A stretch of DNA of 64,000 nucleotides, from contig OX597814.1 in assembly GCA_951406725.2 (NCBI GenBank), forward strand, positions 23,188,001 through 23,252,000, in the 5' to 3' direction. Shown one piece after another: positions 26,489 to 40,026 of this stretch. How positions within the stretch are numbered: position 1 is the first letter of the stretch; every line of letters begins with the position of its first letter. The translations under genes were made by a program, and so were the position numbers. Source of the DNA: Octopus vulgaris (taxonomy: Eukaryota). Below the pieces are notes generated by a model that worked only from the letters and a program-made list of their open reading frames with translations, ran no database searches and had not been told where the DNA came from.

Positions 26489-26730
26489 GTATATGTTTGT
26501 GTATCTGTGAATGTCCCCCCAACATCGCTTGACAACCGATGCTGGTGTGTTTATGTACCCGTAAGTTAGCGCGTAAGTTAGCGGTTCAGCAGAAGAGACC
26601 AATAGAATAAGTACTTGGCTTACAAAGAGTATGTTCCGGGGGTTGATTAGCTTGACTAAAAGGTGATGCTCCAGCATGGCCACAGTCAAATGACTGAAAC
26701 AAGTAAAAGAATAAAAGAGTAAAAGAGTAT
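26290..26730 (+). mobile_element. SINE family A with internal deletion and expanded (TA)n
   Basis: Colinear with the other family A copies. Confidence 0.88.
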
Positions 26731-27094
26731 AAGTTTTACATTAGATGCTTTATTTTTAGACTAACATATTTAGGGATTCAAGAGCCATTTTGCACCTTTT
26801 CAGTTATTATTCTCATGTTAATTATTTTGCGAAACATCTGCATATAGTTTCAAAAGAAAAATTGATATACAAGCAGATGGATAGACAGATAGTTAGAGAG
26901 ATAGACAGGTAAATAAACATAAAGAATGCCAGACAGACAAAATGCAATGATAAAAAGTCACCACGTTACTCTGTGACTTAAATCTTACCTACAAAATCTG
27001 CAGCCATAAGTCTGTAAAAATGTTTGATTAAGTAACTTATAAATTAAGAAGAGGGCAAGACTACAAAATGATACAAAAAAAAACACGATTTTCT

Positions 27095-27320
27095 GTGACC
27101 GTTGCCAGTACTACCTAACTGGCCCTCATGCCGGTGGCACGTAATAGCACCCACTACACTCTCGGAGTGGTTGGCGTTAGGAAGGGCATCCAGCTGTAGA
27201 AACTCTGCCAAATCAAGATTGGAGCCTGGTGCAGCCATCTGGTTCGCCAATCCTCAGTCAAATCGTCCAACCCATGCTAGCAAGGAAAGCGGACGTTAAA
27301 CGATGATGATGATGATGATG
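27095..27320 (+). mobile_element. RTE-type 3' tail (one hairpin unit) + (GAT)n
   Basis: Same tail as 38884-39372. Confidence 0.85.
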
Positions 27321-28018
27321 AAAGCAAAATGCATGTCATTATATGCATTCATTGTAATGAATTGTAAATAATGATTTGTAAATAAACAACATCTAATTGG
27401 TGGTATTGTTTATTAGATAGCTAAGTTGTTGTATGTGTCTGGCAAACTCAAATTTATTAGAAGTTTATCATAACCTAAAATACTGAAAAATATTAACTAT
27501 TGATTAAACATTTGGCTATAGCCCTAAGAACTTGTGAGCTCAATATGTCATATTTCAGTCTGTATCAGGACTATGTTGTACTTACCATGAATACAGTATT
27601 ATTGTTGTTGTTTAACCTAGATTAGTTCTGATGTAGAAGACCTATGATCAAGCACATTCTTGTTGTGACCATTCTGTCGGTTTTACAAGCATGGTATGAA
27701 TAGCAACATTCTATCTAAGTTCTTTTTTTTTTTGAAGATAGTGTGATGCTGGTTGAGGAAGATTTGGCTGCTGTTTCTAGTAGATAAAGGCATATAGTGT
27801 ATAACTTGATATCCAATGTTTCTTTCAACTCAAAATGATTGAAGACCTTTGTAACAGCCACTGCAGAAACTACATGAACTTGCTCACTAAATGAGAAACT
27901 TATTCCTTCAAGAATTCAAAGAAATGATTGGTATCCCTGAAGAAATTTTAAACCCCATAAGGCTATTGATATTGCTGTTATTTTTATCATAATGTGTTTT
28001 TTGTTTATTCAAATAGTT

Positions 28019-28270
28019 AACAAACTGCCGGCATCAGTTGTTAGTTGTTGGAGTACTGCATCCTTCAAAACTTCCATGCTTCCTGAGATTCGCCAACACT
28101 ACACCTGATTTTCTCCCTTCCATACACACGCAAGCATACATCTGATACACTGTTAACTTTCCAGGCATTTGTACATTACTGCATATACTCTATATGCACT
28201 TTTGACAAGTTGTGGTGCACCTGAGCACTGTATACAATAATTTCATTATTATTATTATTATTGTTATTAT
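28019..28270 (+). mobile_element. CR1-clade LINE extreme 3' end + (ATT)n
   Basis: Near-identical to 28853-29097. Confidence 0.85.
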
Positions 28271-28544
28271 TTTAAGTAAGGATTTATTACTATTCTATAA
28301 CTGCAGTAATATATAAAATCTAATAATTACAATTTCAAAGGAAAAATTTCTATGTTCCAATAATTTCATTTATTATATTTCAATCAGCTAAATCTCACCA
28401 AAAGAATTTAGAATATAGACATAGGACATGAAATTGCTTCATTTGAAAATATATCCAATATTTTCACAATGAATATGGGAACTGATTCATTTATTAAATA
28501 GGTTTTGTTGTAAATGCAAATAACAAATTAACTTTATTATTTTC

Positions 28545-29097
28545 TTGCACAGGATATTAATCATCTGGAAACCGTTCAGCAACATGCAACCAAGAAAATA
28601 CCCTCCATCAGGCATTTGTCATATTCTGAGTGCCTTACTTCCCTGGGCATGGATGCATTGAAACTTCGACGTCTGGCAGCTGACTTGGCAGACACCCATA
28701 AAATTATTAATCATCTTACTAACAATAACTCTGAGCACCTTTTCAAACTCCACCTGTCTAACACCTGTGGACATGTTTACAAAGTCAGAAAACAGCACAG
28801 CTCCCATGATTTTTGGAAACATTTTTTCATGCTAAGAGTTGCTGAAGTATGGAACAAACTGCTGGCATAAGTTGTTAGTTGTTGGAGCACTGCATTCTTC
28901 AAAACTTCCATGCTTCCTGGGATTCACCAACACTATACCTGATTTTCTCCCCTCCATACACATGCAAGCATGTATCTGACTCATACACTGTTCACTTTCC
29001 AGACATTTGTACATTACTGCATATGCTTTATACGCACTTTTGACAAGTTGTAGTGCACCTGAGCACTGTATACAATAATTTCATTATCATTATTATA
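28545..29097 (+). mobile_element. CR1-clade LINE 3' fragment
   Basis: DINHLETVQQHATKKIP..LSYSECL..LGMDALKLRRLAADL..HKII..TCGHVYKV..HFFMLRVAEVWNKL are classical CR1 C-terminal motifs. (ATT)n tail. Confidence 0.9.
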
Positions 29098-29790
29098 AGA
29101 TAACTTTATATATGAAGGCATTAAAGTATTAATTTAGTGCAAGCAAGTGAGAAATTTACCTGCAAATTGTAATCAGAGCAACTGATATATATCTATCTTA
29201 GAGATATTGCAATCACATTAATAAACACTGCCAACTGAGGTTACTCATAGACATATCAGAATTAATTTTACTCAGAAGGGGTGCTTTTGCCCATAGAATG
29301 CTAATATGTTCTATAGTAAGAAAGATTTCTTAACTAATGGATAAAACACTTAAGAAAATTTGCATCCAAAACAAGTTGCTCATAAAAAAAGATGAAACAT
29401 TTTAGATATTCTTTGCTAATACTTTATTATTGATCTTAACAGGAACTTTCATTTCGTCAAAATTATTTTGAACTGAAAATTATCCTCAAGTTGTTAACGC
29501 TATTTATGCTAGACATAAAATTAAAATGGTTAAATTAAAAGCTATCAAAGAAAAACTGAAGATATTTCTGAAAGACTAAAAACATTGACAACAAACTTCA
29601 CAAAGGAGTAAGGTTTAAAGTGACTGATCAAAACCTTACCCAACCCCTCACCACTCACAAAGAAAAAAGGCAGATATATTTCGCTTAATTGATGAGAAGA
29701 AATACCTAATATTTTAGACAAGACATTTATTGATAGTTATGCTTTCGTAAAGAGGCTTTATAAAAAGTTGTTGAAGATATCTTAGACTAG

Positions 29791-30472
29791 GCATAGGAGT
29801 GGCTGTGTGGTAAATAGCTTGCTTACTAATCACATGGTTCTGGGTTCAGTCCCACTGCGTGGTACCTTGGGCAAGTGTCTTCTATTATATATTTCTTTAC
29901 TACCCATAAGGGGCTAAACACAGAGGGGACAAACAAGGACAGACAAAGTGATTAAGTCGATTCCATTGGCCCCAGTGCGTAACTGGTACTTAATTTATCA
30001 ACCCCAAAAGGATGAAAGGCAAAGTCAACCTCGACAGAATTTGAACTCAGAACATAATGCCAGACGACATACGGCTACGCATTTTGCCCAGCGTGCTACC
30101 GTTTCTGCCAGCTCACCGCCTTCTATTATAGCCTCGGGCTAACCAAAGACTTGTGAGTAGATTTTGTAGACGGCAACAGAAAGGAGCCCGTCATATATAT
30201 GTATGTATATATGTGTGTGAGTGTGTGTGTGTGCATGTCTGTGTGTGTGTGTGTGTCTGCGTGTGTGTGTTTGTGTGTCTGTTTTGTCCCCCCAACATCG
30301 CTTGACAACCAATGCTAGTGTGTCTACATCCCCGTAACTTAGTGGTTCGGCAAAAGAGACCGATAGAATAAGTGCTAGGCTTACAAAGAATAAGTCTTAG
30401 GGTCGATTTGCTCAGCTAAAGGCGGTGCTCCAGCATAGCTACAGTCAAATGACTGAAACAAGTAAAAGAGTA
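29791..30472 (+). mobile_element. SINE family A, full length with TSD, interrupted by a family B SINE
   Basis: TSD atatcttagactag at 29777-29790 and 30473-30486. Confidence 0.92.
29890..30120 (-). mobile_element. SINE family B nested in family A
   Basis: Flanked by duplicated ttctattata (29880-29889; 30121-30130). Confidence 0.9.
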
Positions 30473-32119
30473 ATATCTTAGACTAGAGTCATCACTCAGC
30501 TGCCATAATCAGACTCACATTTCTTTTCTTGAGTGATAAGCTCAACCGTTGCTCAGTATAACACTAGCGATTGGCCCTTATGCTTTTACTAGACCCCACT
30601 CTGCTGCAGGCTTTTGCATTCAGGTTTGTTTCATCTCATGAATTTTGGAAGCCCTTATCGGAGTTATAGGCATTGCTCTTTTCCCTCTAAGTCGTTAAAA
30701 ACACATTGCTTACATTCTGCTTTTAATTAATTTTATTTAATTAAAATTTAGGTGTTGCCTCTCTTTGCCTTTCTTATAACAAAGTGATCATTAAATTAAT
30801 TTTGATTAGCTAAAAATTCTTGCTGTAATGATATAATTTTAATTTGTTATAATCCTTTTGCTGTAAAATGTTGCTTTAACTGGTTAAATTTCTTGGATGT
30901 AATATAATTCTAATTTGTTAAAATTCTTTAGCTAATGACATTAACTATGTTAATACTGCTCTAACCAAATGTTGCATAGTTTAGCATGTAAGAAAAGATA
31001 CCTCACTGTTTGCTACTGTTTGATAAAAGTAATTCTTACCAATCACACATTAACTTACAATACTTAAAGATGTTATTAATAGATAAATTTGACATTGATG
31101 TTTACAGTTAATGAGTTGTTTGTTTATTGTTTTATATCATAACTAGTCATTGGTTCTGAGTCTACAATGGTGATATTCAGTGTTTCATTGTTTGACAATA
31201 GTAATAATGGAGGGTATGTTTTTTCATGTTTGTGCATGTAATAGTCTTCATCATAATCATCATTATCATCATCGTAATTCAACATCCATTTTCCATGCTA
31301 GCATGGTTTGGATGGTTTGACCATAGCTGGTAAGGCCAGGGGCCATACCAGTCGCCAGCATCTGTTCTGGCATGGTTTCCAAAGTTGGAATGCCCTTCTT
31401 AATGCCAACTTCTCCACAGAGTATATTGGGTGCTTTTTTTATGTGGCACTAACACCAGTGCTTTTAATGTGGCTCCAGCACAATTGCATTTTATGTGGAA
31501 CCAACATCAAAATCCAGTTTTCCCTCCCAGTTCCAGTTACAATGTATTGGTCAACCAGAAGCTGTTGTAAAAAGCATTTGCCCAAGGTGCTGAACCTAGA
31601 ATCAATTCATGCAAAATGAACTTTGAACTTCTTAAGTGCACAACTAGGCATTTACTAAACAGTTATACTTAGCTTCATGCTAGCTCTAATAATGTGAACC
31701 TATAATTAAAGGCATCCAATTTGGGACCACCCCATCAAACTTTTGCATGCATAATAAATTGTAAAATTATAACTGCATTATGCTTCCTCTTTAAGAGAGT
31801 AGTATATGATAAGAGAAAGATTTAGTTGCTATTTCTAGCTTATTATATAATCATGAAGTTTCCTCGTTGGCTTGTTGATCACTGAGTATTAGGTGGTGGT
31901 AATTATGTATGATTATGGCAGGCATAGCTGTGCGGTTAAGAAGCTTGCTGCCAAACCATGTGATCGCTGGTTCAGTCTCACTGTACAGCACCTTGGGCAA
32001 TAGCCTTCTACTATAGGTCCTGGTCAACCAAAGCCTGGGAGTGGATCTGGAAAACAGCAAAAGAAAGAGGTCCGTATATATGTGTAACTGTAAAAGCTCA
32101 GATAGAAATAATTATAAAC

Positions 32120-33090
32120 GCAGCAAATTGCTGGATTAGGTGATGAAAGTCAGGGAAAGTGTCATAGCCTAATTAATTAAGAACATAATTAGGCTAGATG
32201 AAAAGCAGTTTGATGTTGGGGAGAAGCACTAGTGATACTATTTCCATATCCAGGCAACTATAAGAGAAGTGTTTAGCAAAGAATAAGCCATTGTACTTGG
32301 CATTTGTTCATCAGGAGAGAGAGAACCTTTGACGAAGTGCCTTGCTCTTTGTTATGGTGGTCTCTGAGCAAGCAAGGGATAGATGAATGGCTTGTGAAAG
32401 CAGTACAGGCCAAGTACAGGTGTGTAGGAGTTCACCAAGGTTTGGTACTCAGCCCTGTTCTATTCATCATCATACCTTAGGCCAGGTAATAACAGAGAAA
32501 TCTAGGACCAGCTGCCCATAGAGTATATTATGTGCTGATGAGCTTGCTCTAACAGCAGAATCTATAATGGAACTAGAGAAGAAATTTCAGGTGTGGAAGC
32601 AAAACCTAGAATTGAAGGGCCTTAAAGTTAACTTAGCAAAGGCCAAGGACCTAGTAAGCAAGAAAGCAGACATGACTCTAACCCCTTCAGTTCAATGGCT
32701 CTGCTTGATATGAAGGAAAGGTGTAGGCAGAAATTCCATTTAGTGTACCCAGTACAAGCTTTGGACACACAAGATATGCAGTGGAATAATAGGAAGGTTA
32801 ACAAAAAATAATGTTTGTATGCGGAAGAAGCACAGGAACTGTAAAGTCTAGATAGATGGGAAATTAGTTTCCCAAATGCCCCAGAGGTTCTCTAAAGGTA
32901 GTGGAAAATTTTGCTATCTAGATGACCTAATTAGCAAAGGAGAAGGATGTACCAAAAGCTAGGATAAGAATAGGATAGAGAAAGTTCTGAGAGCTTTCAC
33001 TACTATTGGCAACCAAAAGTCTTCCTCTCTCTGATGCATGTATATGAAGTGCAATGATAAATGGTAATGTGACATGGACCCTGAATTTGC
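32120..33090 (+). pseudogene. Decayed RTE-clade reverse transcriptase with a Cys-rich insert
   Basis: LDEKQF..RSTSDTI..KNKPLYLAFV..LWWSLSKQGIDEWLV..VGVHQGLVLSPVLFII, a YADD-equivalent, then a C4HC3-like motif. Stops and frameshifts. Confidence 0.85.
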
Positions 33091-33414
33091 TGTAGTCATC
33101 TTTTTCCTACTCACTCATCTAGTCAAAACCTTTGCATCACTTCACCTGTTGTCACTCCACCCCAAAATCTCATAAGGCCATGTCCCAACACATCTTCACC
33201 ATCATCTTTCTTTCTATCATTCTCCTTATATTACTTTCTAACTCACATTTCTTTCCATTCAACTGGGTAATCCATGTATCTACAACAAGACACCTTTCTC
33301 TGTCCCTCTTATACATTTAATCTCCCAACTGGCACAAAGCCCCACCACCATCCACCACAATACTTTTCTCCACTCCCAGTTGAGGAAAGTCTTTGCCACT
33401 TTTTTTTTTTTTTG

Positions 33415-33895
33415 CCTTGCAAGGTACTTGGTGACCCTATCAGTGATGGTGCCATATAAAAATCATTGGTGCTTTGTAAGAAGCATCTAGTACACTCTGT
33501 ATAGTTACTTGTCATTAGAAAGGGCATCCAGCTGTAGAAACTATGCTAAAACAGACAAAAAAGCCTGCTATGGCTCCCAAGCTTGCTAGATCCTGTCAGA
33601 CTCTCCAACCCATGCCACAATGGAAAATGGACGTTATATGATGGTGTGTGTGTGTATGTGTGTATTTGTGTGTACCCTTGTCTTGGCATCATGTCATAGT
33701 TATAAATGAACATCAAGCAATATTATTTTTAGCCTTCCATAAAAACATGTCTGGCCACAGAAAAATATTATCTTGTTTGAAAACAGATGGGGGTTGGTGA
33801 TAGATAGGGGTCAAACCATAGAAAGACTGCATCAACAAATTCCCTCTGACCCATGCAGGCATGGAAATGTGGAAGTTAAATGACGATAATGATGG
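33415..33895 (+). mobile_element. Two older RTE-type tails
   Basis: agaaagggcatccagctgtagaaac..aacccatgcc and gacccatgcaggcatggaaatgtggaagttaaatgacgat. Confidence 0.6.
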
Positions 33896-34926
33896 TGCGG
33901 AGTCAAGGCTCAGATATTTCTTAGATACTAAGTCTTAACATATCCCATCTTACTAAACAACACCTGACTATACACTCGGAAGTTAAAAACTGACATTAAT
34001 ACCATCATCATCATCATCATCATGATTATCACCATCATCTCCATATTTATCATCAAAATCATTTTACCATACCTTTTAATTCTATATAAGAAGATTAACA
34101 GATATAAATTCTGTTTCACTTCCATACATGTTTCTGAGACAGTAGGCATTTAAACAGATGTGGCAGATTAAGAAAGGAAATAAGTCTCATTCCGGCATAA
34201 AATTATAAAAACTCTCACCGATAATAAATATTCCAAAAACACACTAGAAAATATACATCAATATTTTTAATCCTGTAAACAAATCTGAGAGAAAAGAAAG
34301 AAAGAAAAAAAGAAAGAAAGAAAGAAGCAAAGTATTTCCTCGCTGGATTAATAATTAAGTTCATTAGAAATGTATCAGAAGATAAATAAAGTGCAAATGA
34401 AATATATGAAATATCTAGATTTTTGACTTTGAGGATCTCAATCACATTGAAAAGTATGAAGATCATTGCAAATAAGTTGGCTCCTAAGGTATTAATTTTG
34501 ATTTAATTCTTGAGATTCCAGATTTAAGTACAAGGAGATTGAATATAAGGAGTTTGTAATGAATGGATAGTCTCAGAAATATCTATCAGCATAATTTGTT
34601 TAAAGCCCTTTTAGAGTTCTTAAAATTTTTATTGATTTTATTAATGCCATCTCCTTCTTCACTTCTCTTCTTCAAATTGCACCAGCTTTATTATATTGCT
34701 GAATTGTATAAGGTAGGTTTCTTCTAACGGAAGCCACAGATGGTCAAATGGGCAAAGTGTATGCATACCTACAAATCAAAGAGATTATTTTTGTACTTCT
34801 ACTAGTTTTCAGTTATTGGACTGCAGTCGTGCATATGAGCTTCTTTTGAATATGAAAAAATGTCACCCAATGCATCTTTTAACACACAAACACACACACA
34901 CACACACACATTCAGGCATATATATA

Positions 34927-35327
34927 CTCTTTTACTCTTTTATTTGTTTCAGTTATTTGACTGTGGCTATGCTGGAGCACCACCTTTAGTCGAGCAAATC
35001 GACCCCAGTCTAGTACTTATTCTATCGATCTCTTTTGCCAAACTGCTAAGTTACGGAGATGTAAACACACCAGCATCGGTTGTCAAGCGATGTTGGGGAG
35101 GGGGGACAAACACAGACACACAAACACATACACACACATATATATATATATACATATATACGACGGGCTTCTTTCAGTTTCCAACTACCAAATCCACTCC
35201 CAAGGCTTTAGTCGGCCCAAGGCTAAAGTAGAAGACACTTGCCCAAGGTGCCACGCAGTGGGACTGAACCCGGAACCAGGTGGTTGGTAAGCAAACTACT
35301 TACCACACAGCCACTCCTACGCCTATG
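34927..35327 (-). mobile_element. SINE family A
   Basis: Colinear with 1195-1606. Confidence 0.9.
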
Positions 35328-35559
35328 ATAGGCGTCTACACAATTTCTATCTACCAAATTTCCCTAACAAGATATTGACCAAGTTAAGATAACACTTGGC
35401 ACTTGCTCCTTGCACTGTGTGATCAAACCTGGGAACAGATTGTTGTAAAGTAAATTTCTTAATGACACTGGTTATGTCTTTACCAAGACTTCTATCTAAC
35501 TACTTAGGCTAAGTTGTGTATGTGGCAAACACACTCCAGATGACAAATAGAGAATATGT

Positions 35560-35878
35560 TGATTTGAAACAGACATGATTTGATTCTTGCCAAAAAGTTA
35601 CAAGGAGATTCATGTGGAAGGAATCTGCAGAAGAGGAGGACTAAGTAAGACACTGGCGAAAGTGTTGAAAGAAGATCTCAGGATGCTGAAGCTTGCGAAA
35701 GAGATGATAAACAAACCAACGAGTGGTGGGATGCTGTATTGGGTAAGACCTGCGTAAGCCAATTTTACATCCGGCTTACCATGCTTGGAAGAACAGACAT
35801 ATAAATGGCGATGAGAAATATGATGAGGAAGATGATGATGATGATGATGATGGTGATGATGATAGTTATGATGATGAT
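35560..35878 (+). mobile_element. Decayed RTE C-terminus + (GAT)n
   Basis: VEGICRRGGLSKTLAKVLKEDLR resembles VEGTCGRGRPRKTWDEVVKHDLR at 42.1 kb. Confidence 0.65.
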
Positions 35879-35959
35879 ATATTTATGTACTTATGCAAAT
35901 ATGTATATATACATATACATGCATCAATATAAACACACACACACATTTATATATATGTG

Positions 35960-36006
<47 letters not shown>

Positions 36007-36038
36007 TATACATATATACATACATGCATACATACATA

Positions 36039-36069
<31 letters not shown>

Positions 36070-36914
36070 GGATATTTATAAATACATATATGTGTGTGCA
36101 TGTGAATGTATTCATATATATATACATATGTGTGTGTGCGTGTGTGTGTGTGTAGTGTGCGCATATCTCTATGTATATTCAAGTATGTGCATTCAAGTCG
36201 GAAAAGAAAACAATAAAATAATATATATATATATACATTTGTTTCTTCTATTTGGAAATGAACATGCAAACTTTTATTTTGGTTGAGTAAATCATCCACA
36301 AATTCTTATCCTGTTTCTGTTCATGTTTTTCTCTTAAATAATGAAACCAATTTTCTTTTGTATTACCAAAAAAATAATAATAAAATAAAAATAAAAAAAG
36401 GAGAAAAAGAAAAGGAAAAATATAAATAACAAACATAACTCTGCACAGAAATGATAGGGTATGTTCTACATTATTCCATGTTAGCATTCTCATGGTTTAT
36501 GAATATCTCAAAAGTAGTGAATACTGATTTGGTTGAGTAAATAAACAGTACTTCTTCATATAGAGTTTTGGTTAAGATACTGGTTGTAACTATAATATGA
36601 ATTGTGACTGTAGTGGAAAGCTTAATTGGATTTAGTTCCAAAATGGAAAGCATTTCCTCTGTAATTTTGACCATCTGGTCAAAATGATAGCTCAATAGAT
36701 TGCAATCATGTTGAAGTGAAAGGAAATTTACTTTTGCCCCAACTTGCTGTAAAGGCCTGCTGAAATTATCAAAAAATCAGCAGGTGATCGCTCCATTTAG
36801 AGGCTACAAACACGAATTGGATAATTGTTTAAAGTTAGCAAGATAACCCATACGTCAGATGGTATTGATTATATAATGGAATGTTTCAGTAGCACATGCT
36901 CTCACATATGTATG

Positions 36915-36948
<34 letters not shown>

Positions 36949-36954
36949 TGTATG

Positions 36955-36988
<34 letters not shown>

Positions 36989-37308
36989 TGTATGTATGTG
37001 TGCATGTGTGTATGTATGTATATATCCACATACACACACACATATATATTTAGCTATTCATCTATGTAAATATGAACATGTATGAATACACACAGGCATA
37101 TACTGATGTATGTAAGTGTCATTTTTTGCCACTTATAAAATGCATAAGCACATATATCATTTATACATACATACACACATATATTCATATCATCATCATC
37201 ATCATCCTTTAATGTCTGTTTTCGGCGCACTCTCATACACATTTGTGAATATATGTACATGGATAAATGTATATCTAGATGTATGCGCATATATATATAT
37301 ATATATAT

Positions 37309-37540
37309 AAGGCAGCGAGCTGGTAGAAACGTTAGCACGCCGGGCGACATGCGTAGCCGTATTTCGTCTGTCGTTACGTTCCGAGTTCAAATTCTGCCGA
37401 GGTCGACTATGCCTTTCATCCTTTCGGGGTCGATAAATTAAGTACCAGTTACGCACTGGGGTCGATATAATCGACTTAATCCCTTTGTCTGTCCTTGTTT
37501 GTCCCCTCTGTGTTTAGCCCCTTGTGGGTAGTAAAGAAAT
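37309..37540 (+). mobile_element. SINE family B within (TA)n
   Basis: Full-length match to the other family B copies. Confidence 0.9.
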
Positions 37541-37754
37541 ATATATATATATATATACAATTTGAGAGAGAGAGAGAAATGTACATGTATGTACATGTAT
37601 GTAGATAGATACACACATATATATAGATATGTATGTATATATGTATATATGTACATGTGTATGTGTATGTATACATATGTAATGTGTGTGTATGTATATA
37701 TATATATATATATGCACATACATATGCATACACATGTACATATATATGTATACA

Positions 37755-37799
37755 CTAGTAGAGACCCCCAGCATTGCTCAGGAGTAAAATAGCATAGTT

Positions 37800-37834
<35 letters not shown>

Positions 37835-38530
37835 GTCATGTTGAAATGTGTGAAACGGGAAAGTGCAGCATTGATGACAAAACATTTGTGGAGTAAATGA
37901 TGGGCTGATTCGACTAAGCAATGTGTCATGCATCTGGAGGATTCCAGGCCCTAACCTGTCATGGAAAATTGGGAGTGGGGTTATGTGATTTTTGAATTCA
38001 TTGGAAAGCTGTCAATGAATATACTCTCCTTTGTGGCAGTCAGCTCTGTGACTAAAACGATTCATTGTATGGTTGACAGTCGAATGAATGTAGGTGTAAT
38101 GGAGATATTGTATGTAAATGGGTACATTTCGGAAAGGGGCTGCAATGGGAGATGGTAACAGGGAAGTGAACTGTTGAAATCTTGCAGAAGGGTTGACATT
38201 GGATTGCTGGTATGGCTGTAGAATAAGAAACGTAAACTGAGCCGATGCAGTCAAATTAGAATATGTAACGAACGGCTTGAAAAAATAATGGTGTAATGGC
38301 TTACAGTAAGGTTAGTGGGAGTAATTGGAGAATATGCTTTGATACTGAAGTCCATGAAGGAAACTGCTTTGTTGGTGCAGTTTCCAGGTTTGTTGGTATT
38401 ATACTGAAATGGTATCCCTCTTTACCATTCACAAAGAGCAGTGGATACGGGAGCACTTTGTAAGATGTAGTAATTCCTACAAAACCTCTTGTTAAGCAAT
38501 ATTCTTTGTTTTCCCTTGTGGAACAAATGC
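37755..38530 (-). mobile_element. Helitron remnant (Rep fragment + 3' terminus)
   Basis: Minus-strand SYKVLPYPLLFVNGKEGYHFSI..KAVSFMDF resembles the Helitron SYDALQYPL.F..GEDGYH motif. The end cctgagcaatgctggggg..ctaCTAG|t is a decayed subterminal hairpin plus CTAG followed by target T. Confidence 0.65.
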
Positions 38531-38552
38531 AAATACATTTTCTTGAAGAAGA

Positions 38553-38860
38553 CCATGAGGTTGCGAGTTTGATTCCCAGACCGGGCTGCATGTTGTGTTC
38601 TTGAGCAAGACACTTTATTTCATGTTGCTTCAGTTCATTCAGCTGTAGAAATGAGTTGCAATGTCACTGGTGCCAAGTTGTATCAGTCTTTGCCTTTCCC
38701 TTGGATAACATTGATGGCAGGGAGAGTGGAGGCAAGTATGCATGGGTGACTGCTAGTCTTCCATAAAAACAACCCTAGGTTGTGCATTTGCCATTGAGGC
38801 AACTTGTACCCTGGAATGGAACCTCTTAAGTGCACTCATGGTCATTCGTGACTGACAGTG
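38553..38860 (+). mobile_element. SINE family D (5'-truncated)
   Basis: B-box, tgtgttcttgagcaagacactttatttc..cagctgtagaaatgag, gcctttcccttggataac. Matches 44685-45012. Confidence 0.75.
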
Positions 38861-38883
38861 TCGAGAGTTTATATATACACACA

Positions 38884-39372
38884 ATCAAAATCAAAATCAA
38901 ATTCAATGACTGGGATTTGTGCTAGTGGAGCACTAAGAGTTCCATATGAATGAGATCGTTGCCAGAGAAACATGCTGGCCTCCATACCGATGGCACATTA
39001 AAAACACCATTTGAGTGTGATCATTACCTGCGTCACCTTACTAGCACTTGTGCTGGTGGCACGTGAAAAAACATTTGAGTGAGGTCGTTGCCAGTGCCGC
39101 TGGACTGGCTCTTGTGCAGGTGGCACATAAAAAGCACCATTTAAGCATGGCCATTGCCAGTACTACCTGACTGGCCCTTGTGCCAGTGGACGTAAAAGCA
39201 CCCACTACACTCTTGGAGTGGTTGGTGTTAGGAAGGGCATCCAGCTGTAGAAACTCTGCCAGATCAGATTGGAGCCTGGTGCAGCCATCTGGTTCGCCAG
39301 ACCTCAGTCAAATCGTCCAAGCCATGCTAGCATGGAAAGCAGACGTTAAACGATGACGATGAAGATGATGAC
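38884..39372 (+). mobile_element. RTE-type 3' UTR hairpin array + tail + (GAT)n
   Basis: Starts with (aatcaa)n, then 4-5 units and the conserved tail. Confidence 0.82.
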
Positions 39373-39569
39373 AATTCATTATTTTCAGTTTCCATCTACC
39401 AGCCAAGTGGGGGCTAGAGGAGAAGATACTTGCCCAATATACCACATAATGGGACAGAATGTGAAACCGTGAGTTTAGGAAGCGAACTTTTCAACCACAC
39501 AACTATGCCTGTACCTCGTAAACTTCTCAAACATACAACCATACACACACACACAAAGCACACACATAA

Positions 39570-39600
<31 letters not shown>

Positions 39601-40026
39601 ACACACACAAACATACTCACACACACAAAACACACACACAACACACATACACACACATTTCGATATAGTAATTTGTGTTCCTGCACCAAAGAAATACTTA
39701 TATTATGTAATTATAACTATTGTTAATTATAAATAATTATGTTATATTACAACTATTATTGATTATTAATAATTACATTGCATAACTTGCTGTTCTTATT
39801 AACAATTATATGCTTGTATACATTCATTATTGCCATTGAAATAGCTGCGGAAGTTTTAAATGAATTTCTAAAATATCACTGACATCTTGTTTTCTATTTC
39901 TTCTTCACCCTCTTTCAAGTGTGTGGTGTGTGTGTGTGTTTGTGTGTGTGTGTATGTGTGTGTGTGTATGAATGCATGTGTGTGTGTCTGCATGTGTGTC
40001 TGTATATTTATGTATTTATGCTTATA

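Noticed and set aside
36500-36790. Tc1/mariner relic
   Set aside because: Only vague QQxGA and DCNL-like motifs, and no TIRs found.
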